Source: the human T2T-CHM13v2.0 reference genome, Homo sapiens
Assembly: GCF_009914755.1 (NCBI RefSeq)
Contig: NC_060942.1
DNA: 64,000 nucleotides
Strand: one strand, 5' to 3'
Part shown: positions 1-14,740 of the stretch, piece after piece
Numbering within the stretch: the first letter of the stretch is position 1
Layout of the letters: each line of letters begins with the position of its first letter
Position numbers and translations under genes: made by a program
The notes under the pieces: generated by a model
The model's database searches: none
The model's input: the letters and a program-made list of their open reading frames with translations, nothing else
Told to the model about the DNA's origin: nothing

Positions 1-2356
1 AAAATGATCATACACCATGATCAATCGGGATTTATCCAAATATGGAAGGGTGGCTTAACATCTGAAAATTAATTAATAAATATAGCATATTATTAGAAAA
101 ATGTTTAAAAAGATGGTTATCACAATAGATGGATAAAAATAATTTTTTAAAGTCTTACAATACTTCATGATAAACAAATAAAAAATAGAAATAGAAGGAT
201 AACTTATCAACTTGACAAACAGCATCTACAATAAATCTATGGCAAATATTGCAGTTGATGCTAAGCGAACAAATGCTTCTGACTTTGTCAGATTTTAGAC
301 AAGGGTGGTCATTATCACCACTTCTATTCAACACTGCAGTGAAATTCTACCCAGGTCTCTTAAGACATAAAATGCAATAAATGGCATACAGGTTGGAAAG
401 AAAGATAAAACAAGCTCTATTTGAAGATGACATAATCTTGTATATTAAAAAATCCTAAGACATCCACTAAAAGTTTACCAGAATTAATAAACAAATTTGG
501 CAAGTTTCCAGGATGCAAGGTCAATACGCAAAAGCCAATTGTATTTCTGTACACTTTCAATGAACAATCCAAAAATGTAATTTTTTAAAAAGTCAATTTA
601 TACTAGCATTAAAATGAATGAAATAATTAGGAATAAATTTAACTGAAGAATTAAAACACTCACACTGTGAAACTGCAAAATAAAGAAGACCTAAATAAGT
701 GTTAAGTTACCCCATTTTGATGGATCAGAAGACTTCATATTGTTAGGATAACAATATCTGCCAAATTGATGCACAGCTACAATTCAATCCCTATCAAAAT
801 CCAGCTGATTTACTTGCCAAAATCAACAAGCAAATACTAAAATTCATATGGAAATTCAAGCTGACCAATAACAGTCAAAACAATTTTGAAAAAGAAGAAC
901 AAATTTGGAAAAGAAGAACAAATTTGGAGGGCACACAGTTCTTGGTCATAAAACTTAGTATAAAACTGTGTAATCAAGACTGAGATAAAGTTATAGGGTA
1001 AATATATAGACCAATGGATGGAAATGAAAGTCTCTAAAGAAATCCTCACATTTACAGTCAATTCATATTGAACAATGGTCACAAAACAATTCGGGGGGGA
1101 AGAATGGTGCTGGGATATCAGAATATTCATAAACAAAAGAATGAAGTTGGGCACCTTCCTCACACCAAATGCCACACACAAACTTTAACTCAAAATGAAC
1201 ACAGACTTAAAATGTAAGAGCTTAAATTATACAAACTTAGAAGAAAATATCCGAGTAAAGATTTGCGACTTTAGTTATGCAAAGTCCCTTTAGATAGGGC
1301 AGTGAAGTACTAGTGACATAAGACAAAAAATAGATAAATTTGCCTTTGTCACATTAAAAAGTTCTTTGCTCACAGGATACCATCAAAAAAGTAAAAAGAC
1401 AACCCACAGAATGAATGGTAATAAATATTTGAAAAGTATATGTATTATAAGGGACTTGTACTTAGGATGTGTAAAGAACTTCTCCAGCACAATAAAAATA
1501 TAAATAATTCAAATAAAAATGAGCAAAGCATCTAAATGGGCATTTATCTAACTGAGACATACAAATCACAATAACAGAAAATAATGCTTAACACCATTAG
1601 CCTTCATAAATGGAAATCAAAACCAAAATGAGATACTACTTTATACCCAATAGGATGATTGCAAGAAAAACGACAAAAATAATTGTTTGTAAGGGTATTA
1701 AGACGTCGGAATTCCTGGTGGGAATGTAAAATTCCTGCTGGGAATGTGAAATTCCTAGTGGGAATGTAAAATGGTGGAAGTACTTTGGAAAATGGTCTGG
1801 TGGTTCCTCAATAAGTTAAGCATAGAGTTAATATTTGACTCAGCAATTTCACTACTAAGTCTATACCAGAAAGAAGGCAAAACATATGCCCGCACCAAAA
1901 CCAGTGCATGAATGCTTATACCAGCATAATTAATAATAAGCAAAAAGGGGAAACAACCCAAAATGTTGTACATTCATACAATGAAATATTATTTGGCAAT
2001 AAGTAGACTGAAGTACTGACACATTTTGCAATGTGGATGATCCTGAAAACATTATGCTATATGAAAGAAGCAAGTCAGAATATATGTTGAATGATTTTAT
2101 TTAAATGATATGTCCAAAATAGTCATGTATATAGATATAGAAAGTAAATTAGTGATTGCCTAGAGCTGGAGATTTAGAGGGATAAGAAGAGTGACTGCTA
2201 ATGGTACAGGGTTTCTTTGGGGGTGGTGAAAATACTGCAAAATTGATTGTAGTGAGAACAGTCCAGCTCTGTGAATAAAGCAATAGTTGAATTGTATAGC
2301 TTACAAGGGTGAATTATACAGCCTGTACATTATATCTCAACAAAATTGTTATAAAA
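1..2356 (+). mobile_element. Old LINE-1 (L1MB/L1MC-type): degenerate ORF2 RT/C-terminal region plus 3' UTR; runs off the window start
   Basis: Start resembles L1 ORF2 DNA encoding IHHDQVGFI..GWFN (atacaccatgatcaatcgggatttatcc...ggtggcttaaca). Ends with the L1MB/MC-like terminus gggtttctttggggg...ttgaattgta...tatatctcaacaaa. Many stops and frameshifts. Confidence 0.9.
1711..1770 (+). repeat. Three tandem copies of a 20-bp unit inside the L1
   Basis: attcctggtgggaatgtaaa / attcctgctgggaatgtgaa / attcctagtgggaatgtaaa at 1711, 1731 and 1751. Confidence 0.95.
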
Positions 2357-2379
2357 CTCTTATAAAACTGAGAATTACC

Positions 2380-3612
2380 CTGTAAAGCCATCCAGGGCTG
2401 GTACTTTCTATTTTAAAAGGTCACTCATTATTAACACAAAATTTTGAATAGGTAGGGATGTTCGGTTGTCTATTTTTCCTCGTGTGAGTTTTGGTAGTTT
2501 TCATATTTCAAGGAACTGACCCTTTCAATCTAAATTATAATATGTGGGCATAGAAAATAGTCCTTCATTTTTTTTTTATTGTTCACAGGATCCGTGATGA
2601 TGACCCTTCTTTTATGTCTGATATCAGGAATTTATACGAGTGTTTTATCTTTCTCTTTTCTTTTCTTCTTTTTCCTTTTGTTTTTGTTTGTTTTTTGTTT
2701 TTTTGCTTAGTCTGTCTAGAGGTTTATCAACTTTATTAATTTTTTTTAGAAAAATGTTGATTTCTATTGCTTTCCTGTTTTTTTCTGTTTCATTGATTTC
2801 TGCACTAATTTTTGCTGCTACATTTCTTCTGCTTGCTTTAGGCTTAATTAGTTCTTCTGTTTCTAGTTTCCAAAGGAAAACACTTAGGTTAACAATTTTA
2901 GACTTTTTGCTTTTCTAATATATATATTTAATACTATAAAACCTCTATAAGTATTGCTTTACTGCATCCTTCAACTTTCATTGAAATTTGATATTTCAAG
3001 GAATTTTTTAATTTCAAATTTAAATATATTGAAAAATAACTAATTCAAAAATAAAAATATTTTAACATAGTTTATTTTTCATTTTTTCTTGATACTTTTT
3101 GATCCATATGTTACTAGAAGTGTATTGTTTAATTTTCAGTATTTAGAGATTTGTTTATCTTTCTGTTATTGATTTCTACTTTAATTTTGTTGTGGCCTAA
3201 GAACATATTTTATGCTGTTTCTATTCTTTTAATTTTGTTAAGTCACGATTTATGACACTAAATATAGTTTATGTTGTTGAATGTTCCTTGTTGACTTGAG
3301 AAGAATGTGTATTCTACTGTCATTTCAAGTATCCATAAATGTACATTAGATCAAGTTGATTGATAGCACTGTTAAGGTTTTTTACATCCCTACTGATTTT
3401 CTACCTTCTTGATCTTTCAGTTAATAACAGAGAGGTCTTAAAGACTTCAACTACAATAGTGTATTTGTCTACTTCTCTCTTTCCTATCCGTTTGTGCCTC
3501 ATGTATTTTGACAGTCTCTTGTTTGATATAAAGTCATTTAGGATGGTTATGTATTTTCAGAGAATTGACCCTTACCATTATGTAATGCCCTTTTATTATT
3601 CCTAATAATCTT
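2380..3612 (-). mobile_element. Old L1M fragment (ORF2 5' half), antisense
   Basis: T-rich antisense L1 motifs, e.g. ttgagaagaatgtgtattctactgt, ctttctgttattgatttctactttaatt, gacccttaccattatgtaatgccc. Confidence 0.8.
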
Positions 3613-5006
3613 CTATCCCAAATGGTTCATGGTATTTTACCAGCATGTGTCAACTTACGAATGAAAACATTAATTCATTCTTCTCAGTTATTAGAGAAGT
3701 AAAGGATATTAATGTTATTATGATAGAAATAGCCCTCCATTTTAAATCAGAACATTGCTCCTGAAAGCTTTGTTATATCTTAAAACTTGTCCTATTATTT
3801 GATGAAACACCAGGTCACATATTTTCCTTTATTAAATAGGATAAATAATTTTATCTTTAAAGTTAAAACTGTTTGGATCTAAAAGTTTTGGGAAAAAATA
3901 ATCTAATTTTAAGATAATTCTATTTGAAAAAATGGACATTCTACCCAATTCTCTTCCTGGGTACTTCTCGCACTGACCCATTAGCAATTTTCTATGGAGA
4001 ATTATGCCTTGCCTAGGATATCAGTGTACAAAATAGACATACTCTCATTCATCAAAGTTGCTGAGGGCATGGGAAGGCTAGGAAATAGTCTGTAGTCATT
4101 TCTCTGGACGCCCCATTCAATGCTGGATGATATCTTAGTAAATTTGCTCAGTTTGAAAACTGAGCCCTCTTGCTTTCAGGCTCAGAAAAGTGACTTATCC
4201 AATGAACTAAGGGTAAATTCACCCCAGCTCAAGTGTGACGAAAAGGAAGCATTGATTAATTCGATGCCAAGTGGCACAGTTACCACAGGCTTCAGATTAT
4301 CACTCCCTGAGATTTTACCTAAACAGACAGAGAGGGGAAGCTGATAGTCGGGGTGAGCCTAAAATCAACAAGAGGAGTTAGAGTACAATATTTAACTATA
4401 TCAAGAATGATACAGACATCTCAAGGTAGGAATTGTTTTACCAAGAGGCTGGAACACCCCAAGTCCATTGGCTCTGATTCTCGCTGCTCAGAAAATTGAA
4501 AGTGGTCCTCTCTTTTTCAGCTTTCGAAGATGATTGAATGGCCTTTGAATTGATATTTCCTAACTTATATATGATAATGTACTTAATTAAGTTATAAACC
4601 CACCTATATATTTATAGAAACTATTTTTTTTCTGATTCTAAAGGATTTTTCATACCTCTACTCTGATCTATTATGCATTGATTTTAAAATTTCACTCTAG
4701 GGCAATCTAACTTTCCAACTTCTTGGACTAAGTCTTACTATAAATTCCATTAACAAGAATGGCTAATAATTTATGATGCCTTTGCATGTGTGCCTAGGTT
4801 TTAGAAATTGCTGCTAAGACTTTTAACTTATATCATCTAAACTACAAAAATATTTTTTATTCTAAATACATTTCAATGGCTGGTGTCACATTTGTTATTC
4901 TTAAAAAACAAACTAATAAGCTATCAATGAAGTAAATATTTTGGTTGAGAATTTTTAAAGGAATGAACCAAATGGTGTGCGAAATGCAAGTGGAGAATAT
5001 AAATAG

Positions 5007-5358
<352 letters not shown>

Positions 5359-6269
5359 TTCACCTTTAATTTTTAACCCTACTAAGTTCAGTGAGCAGTC
5401 AAAGGTCTTGTGTGAGAACGAGATGTAGAGAGGTGCAAATTCAAACAATAAAAACAAATGATTTTGTAAACTCAAATAAAGCAAATCAAAGAAAGTAAAA
5501 CATTGTTCCGAACTGAAGCAAACCTAGGGATTGATACATTGTATAGCACGATGATGTGCAGCAAACAATGTCAGAGTACATATTTCACCTTAGTTCTCAT
5601 TGATGTGTCTCTGATGCATAAGAATAAAACAGAGCAAGAAATAGAGGAAATGAATGCAAATGTAGTGTGGAAAGGTGAGGAAGAATTTATTAGCCATATT
5701 TCATGTAGGCATCAAGCCACAATCACTAACTTAGTGTCTTCAGTAGACCGTAATGTTTTCATAGAAGTTTTGAATGGAAAGAGTAGCATATACAGAAAAA
5801 TAAAAAGAAGTGATAGTTGAGATGATTTATTAAATATACCCAGGAAACCTCACCTATCAGCATTTTGTTGATGAAACTATAATTGGTCCTAGACACAAAA
5901 ATTCAACCTAGAATTTACTCCACAAACCAATAGAAAATATAAAATACAAATAAACTGAAGTGATAGGATTAATCTTATTTGAATTTTATTCATTTTTTTC
6001 ATTAGGAGTAGAAATTTCTTTTGAACCAGACTTGATCATTGGAATGACCAGTGTATTCTTTACCTGAAAAATGTCTTGAGAAGTCTATTTATAACCAGGT
6101 AGGCATTTTATCTTAAATGAATCAGAACAGAAGCAGTTATATAATGAAAACATTTAATTTTAAGGCCATTGTGTGTGTGTTATGGCAGAAAGGAATATTC
6201 TGCCATATCCGGGAAAGGTAGTTAATACTTTTCCCGGAAGTTCTAGGAGAATATTATAATAATAATCAT

Positions 6270-8480
6270 TGTAAGTACATTTGTATCAACACAAAGACCA
6301 AGAAAAGTCCAATAAAACTCAATGCCCCATTCAGCTGAGCACACATTAAAACCTAATGTTTCTGCTTTAAATACAGTAGATGTAATAAGTTACTTTGTTA
6401 AAAATTAATAAACAAATATAATCAACTATTATAAATATTCATCAGTTAGAAATGGGGAATATTCATCAGTTAGAAATAGATAAATATACCTGAAAGTAAG
6501 AAAACAACACGAATAGTAGGAACCAACGTTTTCTAGTAAGGGTATGGAGAAAGTCGTCTGCACACGTAGAACTGGGGACAAGGATTTGAAGCATATGTGA
6601 AGCCCTGGGCTAGGGTCCTACACTGTGCAGAGCTAAGACTCTAGATATGCTGTCTGGCCACACCAGGGCCCAGGAATCTCTCATACTATCCTCACCCCCC
6701 TGGAGAGTGCCAGAACCCAGCTGAGATACAACCATCGTCATGTCCAAGAATGGCAGAAGAATGGCACCATGGACATGACCATGGACATTCTTGGAGATGA
6801 CATGGGTTGTAACCAGGTCCCAGAGTGGGGCATCACATTAGGAAGCAGCTTGAAACCACATTGGTCACACATGAGAAAAGCCCTAAACAAGATGACCATG
6901 AAAGACTTGGACCAGAGCTGGGCTAGAAGACCAGTGCTGAGGTCATTACTAAAGCATCCACAAAGGATAACCTCATGCTCCATACCTGGAGAGAAACTGT
7001 GATTCACCCATACTATGACCTCAAACCAAGAATCACTGAGTATAAGACCAGCCCAGCACAGTGAGAAACACAGCAGCATGTTCAACAAATGGAACACATG
7101 AAAGTGAGGAAAAACAGGGAACTGAGCAGCTTAATAGCCTTTATAGTAAGTCTGCTTGAGGGAATTGAGCATTTTGATAGCCTTCATAGTAAGTGTGCTT
7201 AATACTGCCCATGATAAACAGAAGGAATAATGCCCACGAAATAGAGACTGGGTCATGAAACATAAATACAAAATAATGAGGCTATAAAATTTAAAAAAGA
7301 AAACATATTTTTTAAATATTTTTTTAAAAATTAGGAAAACAACAGTAGATGTGTTGAATACAAAACTAACAGAAACAAGAACTACTAAACTGGAAGATTC
7401 AACTGAGAATGTAGCTAAAATTTTTTAAGTAGATTAACATTTTTGAAAAGCAAGTTGGATATATGGAGGATAAATCCATTGGTACTAACATATATCTGGT
7501 AGAGAGAACACAGGTGACACTATATTTGAAAACATAATGGCTCAGAATTATCTTCAGAAAATTGCAAGGCTTCATTTTGGAAAAGTCATAAGGATACAAG
7601 ACAAATCAAGTAATAGAAATAACAGTAGATACAATGAAATAAACTAAAGAATATTAAGGAGATAAAATGTTAAAAATCAACTTGGAAGGAAAAAGCAAGG
7701 AGATTACCAATAAATGAAACTGAGGTGGATCTCAAAACCAGAAGCTTGAATGTGTTTGTCTATCTATGTATGTATCTATGTATGTATGTATGTATGTATG
7801 TATCTATCTATCTATCCGCCTATCTATATCTATTCCTCTACCAGTCTATCTCTCTGCATCAATACATTTTTAGAAATAAGCTAAACAAAATTTCTAGACA
7901 AAAATATATTGGGAAATGGAAATGGAGATATCCAGAAATATTAAAAAGAAAACTAAGGTTTTTGTATTATTTAGAAAGAGGCTAGAGGTTATGATTTGTT
8001 TTAGCATTTGCAATAAAAAATCACATTCAAAATAGGCATTCAATATCTAAGAGTAATCACAAAAAAGGAATATAAGTAGAGTGTGTAACTTCCAAATCTT
8101 TAATGAACAAAATTTTTTAACAACAAAAATAAATAAAACAATGAAATCATGTCACCAATCCATCTGAAGCCTGAAGAAAGATAAAAATAGAAACAAACAG
8201 GACATGGTAAAGAGGAAAGATAAATATAAGATGAAAAATTAAAACAAATACATCTGTGATAAGAATGAGAAAAAGGATAAATTTCCATGATAAAGACAGT
8301 TAATAACGAATTAGATAAAAATCAACAAGAAAAACAAATAAAATGTATATACTATCTCCACATGACAGATAAAACAAAATGACACAGCAACACTGAAAGA
8401 TAGAGATCAGAAATCACAGATTAAATAAATGCAAAACAGCTGTCAGGATAGATATCGAGAGTATTGAGAAAATTTGAATG
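6270..8480 (+). mobile_element. Very old L1M/HAL1-like 5' UTR plus ORF1 remnant
   Basis: A GC-richer 5'UTR-like block (about 6560-7100) is followed by A-rich ORF1-like sequence (tactaacatatatctggtagagagaac; aaaacataatggctcagaattatc). Highly diverged. Confidence 0.5.
7761..7830. repeat. (TATG)n/(TATC)n microsatellite
   Basis: tatctatgtatgtatctatgtatgtatgtatg...tatctatctatctatcc. Confidence 0.9.
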
Positions 8481-9295
8481 ACATTTTAGTTCGATAGATG
8501 ATAGGTTGACCCTACAGACCAATACTTGTGTGGAAAAGCAAACACACTCCCTACTTTCATACTCATTGCCTCTGGGAGAATGCATAGGAATATTGAGTTC
8601 TTTCAACACAGTTGAAACATTCATTTGCCACTGATTTTCTTAGGAGTCCTAGGTCTGTTGATAGACTCCAGATACTTATTGCTTGGGGATCATTAGAAAG
8701 TCCCTTGTCATGGGAAGTATAGATCTTTAAGTCATTTTTAAGTGTGGTCCAGGGACAAACAATAACACAGACTGTGAAAAGAACAAATTCAGAGTGTGTT
8801 GTTTCTTGTGGTGCCCTGAAGTTAGAGAGCCCTGGCTCTCCAGATCTGATTGTGTGTATCACGGATGTAAGAGTATTTACCCCAGGCAAACTGGCAAGTG
8901 CTACATATTGGAGGTTTTCTTTTGTAAAAAAACATTCTGGCACACTGTAAGCTCTTGTTTCATTTTCTTGGAAAATGTAGATATCGCTTAGAAAATAGAA
9001 TATTTTACATAATTTTATCAATTTAATTCAATTATATATAAATTAATTATTACTTATTAAAGTGCTAACAATTTATTTTTCTTTTTAAATTAAATCTAGA
9101 GCTTTTAATAATTTAAATTTAAATTATTAATTATAACACCAATGGAGAGAAAGAATAAGGAATAATTGCATTTCAGTCTTTTTTTTTTAACAGATAAAGC
9201 CATCCTTTAAAGGCATAATGCTATGAAGGACTGATCCATACATTTACACATCATTACAGTCTATCCTTGTAGATGTATAATGGTGACTTGCTGTG

Positions 9296-9326
<31 letters not shown>

Positions 9327-9501
9327 TACACATATACACAACATGTATGCTATATATGCTATATATATATAAACACAACCCATAAATATCAGCAAAGAAA
9401 ATATATATAGCTATATATAAAATATATATTTTTATATATTTTATATATTTTTATATATTTTATATACAGCTATATATATTTTATATATATAATATATATA
9501 T
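9296..9501. repeat. (TA)n/(CA)n and AT-rich low-complexity tract
   Basis: Directly visible TA/CA runs and repeated tttttatata units. Confidence 0.9.
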
Positions 9502-9504
9502 TTT

Positions 9505-10465
<961 letters not shown>

Positions 10466-10470
10466 ACAGT

Positions 10471-10840
10471 GTTTTTGTTTTTTGTTTTTTTTGTTTTGTT
10501 TTGTATTGTTTTAGCTTTTATAAGTTCAGGGGTACAAGTGCAGGTTTGTCCCATAGGTAAACTTGTGTCATGAGGGTTTGCTGTACAGACTACCTCATCA
10601 CCCAGATATTAAGCCTAGTACCCACTAGTTACCTTTTCTGATGCTCTCCCTCTTTTCACCCTCCACCCTCCAAAAGGCCCCAGCGTGTGTTGTTTCCCTT
10701 TATGTGTCATGAGTTCTCACCCTTCGGCTCTCACTTATAAGTGAGAACATGCATTATTTGGTTTTCTGTTCGTGTGTTAGTTTGCTAAGGATATGACCTC
10801 CAGCTCCATCCATGTCCCTGCATAGGACATGAGATCGTTG
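10471..10840 (-). mobile_element. L1PA (older primate, L1PA13-16-like) 3' end
   Basis: aagttcaggggtacaagtgcaggtttg...taagcctagtaccc...cacttataagtgagaacatgc...tccatccatgtccctgca. Confidence 0.88.
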
Positions 10841-11254
10841 CCCACATTAAAAAGGAAGAATTTTGTTTTTAAAATAGTCTTTGAATTTCATCTAAATTTT
10901 ATAGTTATTTTCATGAAGAGTGTTTATATATACAATTATTTCCTTTTTAAATCTATAGGATTTTTAGTAATAGATCATTTAAATTAGAAGTTTGGTTTTC
11001 CCTCTTTTGACCAGATTACTAATGGTAAGAATTTATGTTTTTCTAAAAAAAAAAATCAGGATTATTAAATTATAATTTATTTTCAGTAAAATGTACCATT
11101 TTTACTAATTCAATGAAAGTTTTATGCAAGTGAGAAATTAAGTAATTTTATTATTGTTTTACCTATCAGGTTGGGGAAAATGTTGAAAATTTATAATATT
11201 CATTGTTGAAATATTATATAATAGGACACTTTATTGTTGGTAAAACTTTTTAAA

Positions 11255-12700
11255 AATATTCTTATTGTTTTAATTTATAGAAAAGTTTACTCAGAAAAAT
11301 TGAGATGGCAGTACATAACATTCTGGTATACCCCACACCAAATTTCTTTCTCTTATTAATAACATCTTACATTACTATGGTACATTTGTACAATGGGCAA
11401 CAATGATGTGTTATTGCTAACTAAAGTCCATCGTTTACTCAGCTATTCTTAGTTTATACCTAATATCTTTTATTTTCCAGATTCCCAACAAGGACATCTT
11501 ATTACATTTAATCATCAAGTTTCCTTCAGCTCCTCTTGGGCATGACATTTTTTTCAGATTTTCCTTGTTCTTGATGACCTTGACAATTTTAAAGCATACA
11601 TTGGTCAGGTATGCTGTAGGACACTCATTTATTGAAGTTTAATGTTGCTTTCTTTTCATTATTAGACTAGATTTATAAGTTTGGTGAGGAAGACCACAGG
11701 AGTAAAGTATTGTTTTCATCACATCATATCACAGTACATGCTATCAACATAATTTATCACTGTTCATGCTAACCTTGAACACATGGCTATGGTAAGATTG
11801 GTCAGTTTTCTCTGTGGAAAGATTACTGTCCCTTTCTGTGTTACTCAGAGCTCTCCAGAGAAACAGAATCAATAGGAGCGATGTAAATATAAAAAAAGAG
11901 ACATATCTTGGGAACTGGCTCACATAATTATGGAGGCTGAGAAGTTCCATGATACATTGTCTGCAAGCTAAGGAACCAGGAAAACCAGTGGTGTAATTTA
12001 GTCCAAGTCCTAAGGCCCTGGCAACTCCGATGTCTCAGCTCAAGAATAGAGTGAATTCACACTTCTACCTTTCTTTCCATTCAGGCAATCCGTGGATTGG
12101 ATGATACTTTCTCACATTGGTGAGGGTGGATCTTCTTTGCTGAGTCTACTAATACAATGCTAATCTCTTCTGGAAAATCATACCCAGAAATAAAGATTTG
12201 CCAGCTATCCTAGTATCCCGTAGTCCAGTCAAGTCACATAAAATTACCACCACCCTCTTTCTCCCTTTCCACACTCTGCTCTCTGGACAGAAGTCCCTGT
12301 GCAACTCGAATTTAACAAGTGGAGAGTTATGCTCCTCCTCCCTTAGAAAACAGCATCTGTGTAAGTGATGTGGAATTTTTTTGCTTGGAAGATTTCTCTC
12401 TTTTCAACTGCTGATTAATTCATTCTGACATTTTTTAAAAATCTGCATGAAATCACCAACATTTATTTTGTACTTCGGATTATAATCCAATATAATCCAA
12501 TCCAATACAATTTTTTTCCAGCTTTGGCCATTGATGGCTCTTTCAATGAGCTCCTATGCTCTTTTGACACACTCCCATCAATGTGTTTTGTTCTGTTTTG
12601 TTTTTTGAGAACTTTCTGGCACTAGAAGAGTTACAGGTTCATCATGTATATTTCTGGCTCACTCATAAAATAAGCAATTTCTCATTGGAGCCCCTGGTTC
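11255..12700 (-). mobile_element. L1MC/L1MD-type 3' UTR, antisense, interrupted by an MLT2 LTR
   Basis: ttattaataacatcttacatt..atggtacatttgt, ctaaagtccatcgtttactcag, tttcatcacatcatatc. Continues after 12255 to ggagcccctggttcc. Confidence 0.75.
11837..12252 (-). mobile_element. MLT2 (ERVL) solo LTR, older subfamily (MLT2B/C/D-like)
   Basis: ctccagagaaacagaatcaatagg...ggctcacataattatggaggctgagaagttccatga...gtccagtcaagtcacataaaattaccac, the reverse complement of an MLT2 LTR. Confidence 0.85.
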
Positions 12701-14140
12701 CACAACAACAGAACTTCAGCAAAATAGCAGTGGATTACAGCCAGAAAGCTGCAAGGTGTAGACTGTATGTCACAGGGAGATAGTAGGAAAACTAAAGAGA
12801 AAATGGGAGAAAAACAAAGTTAGAGGCAGTGATGGCTCTGACAATTTAGCTACAGTAAACAGAAAACACACAGCAACTCCTAGCAGATAATTATAAAACC
12901 CTACAGTAAAGTTTTGTTTACCTCACTTCTTATTATCCTGTACTGTATGTCTAGCCTTTAACAAAAAAGTACACAGCATGCACAAAGGAATGAATTTTTT
13001 TAAAAAAACCTACAACTACACACAATCTGAAAAGACAAAGAAAGCATCAGAATAAGACTCACATATGGCACCGATTTTAAAATTGCCAGACAAGGAATTT
13101 AAAATAACTATGATTAATACATTAAGGATTCTAATGAAAACAGTGGGCAACATGCAAGAACAGATGGATAATGTAAGAAGAAAAATGAAAATTCTAAGAA
13201 AGAATGAGAAGGAAATGGTAAAAACACGTAAGAGAAATGAAGAGTGGCTTAAATATGCTCATTAGTGACTGGCTATGGCCAAGGAAAGAATCACTGAGTA
13301 GAAAGATCGACAGAAACTGTTCACATTGAAAAGCAAAAGAAAACAGAATGGACAACAACCACAATGACAGAATATTCGAGAACTTTGAAGTTGTGAAATA
13401 TACATAATTGAAATACACAAGAAGAAATAATGTAGCAGAAGCAATATTTAAAGCATTAATGCCTGAGAATATTCCAAAATTGTGGCAGACACCAAAAAAA
13501 ATCACAGATCGAGGAAGAATACCAACCAGTTTAAATAGCTCCCCAAAAATATGCCTCATTATATCACATTTAAATTGGAGAAAACCAAAGGCAAAATAAA
13601 ATATTAAAAGAAGACAGAAAACAACTCCACCACATTACTTAGAAAGGAGCAAAAATAACAATTACATTGGACTTTGCATCAGTAACCATGAAAGCCAGAA
13701 GGGAGTGGACTAAAACACTCAAAGGATTTAAAGAAAGAGAATCCTAATAACCTAGAATTCTATATTCACTGAAATTATCCTTCAGAAGTGAAGGAGAACC
13801 AAAGACTTCCTCAGACAAATATAAGTTGAAGGAATTAATCACAAGTGGAAATGACACGCAAGAAATATTCGAAGTTTTTCGGGGTGATAGAAAATGACAC
13901 AGGTCAGAAACTCACGTCTACGTGATGCAATTGCACTGGGGAAGAGATAAATGAAGGTAAAATAATATATTTTACTTTTTCTTTGTTCTTAATAGATCTA
14001 ATCGGTAATTATTTGTTCAAATAATAGTGACAATGTAGTAGGCAATTATACAGAAAAATGAAATGAATGACAGCAATATTATAAGAAACAACAGCAATAT
14101 TACAAGGAAGAGAAGAGAAGAGGAGCATTCTATAATCTTA
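12701..14140 (+). mobile_element. L1M end of 5' UTR, ORF1 remnant and inter-ORF region
   Basis: ORF 13065-13265 (ILKLPDKEFKITMINTLR..MQEQMDNVRR) and ORF 13408-13599 (AEAIFKALMPENIPKL) match L1 ORF1p; cctagaattctatattcactgaaattatccttcagaagtgaagg is the ORF1 C-terminal motif. Confidence 0.85.
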
Positions 14141-14144
14141 CAGT

Positions 14145-14740
14145 TAAATATCAGTCTCATAGTGGCCTGTGTCCCTGGGCAATCACCAACACACGTTGCT
14201 CCCCTTCCCCACACAGGAAGGCTAGATGGGGATGGAGCTGAGTAATTGCTCTTCTACTAGGTCTGATGAGGCCCTGGTAAGGTCTTTTCCTTTGCAGAGT
14301 AGGCGTTTGTCATGATGAATCCTCCATGTGTACATTAAAATTGTTGCTTTTTCCCTTCTCCTGCCAGATACAAGAGGGTTTTCTTTTTCTCTTGGCTCTT
14401 CATGAAAACCTAGTGGGGCTTTTGAGATAAGACCCATGAAAGGGGGTGATCCTTCAGGATTACCACCCTGAGGAGTTTCTCACACTCACACTGGTGTACA
14501 CTCAGCCTCCATAAAAGCCATTTGTGAAGGTTACCATTTTTGTATTTCTACCAGTTTATAATAACAGTGGCTTCTGCTTCTGGTAAACTGATCTTAGCTG
14601 TGATTTTCTGTGTTTATCTGTCTGTCCAGAATTTGGGGTGGCAGTTTGCCCTGCAACCTCAGTTCTCTGATGTTTGCAAGAAATCTCACTGATTTTCAGT
14701 TTGTTCAACTTTATTTTCGTTATAATATAGGAGTGATGAA
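14145..14740 (-). mobile_element. L1M (L1MCa/MDa-like) 5' UTR, antisense
   Basis: Reverse complement reads aaagttgaacaaactgaaaatcag...agagaactgaggttgcagggcaaactgccacccc, typical of L1M 5' ends; similar to 60060-60915. Confidence 0.7.

Noticed and set aside
1711-1770. Regular 20-bp repeats as a CRISPR array
   Set aside because: Head-to-tail copies without spacers, eukaryotic L1 context and no cas genes.
13065-13599. ORF1p-like peptides
   Set aside because: Fragmented L1 ORF1 with stops and frameshifts.
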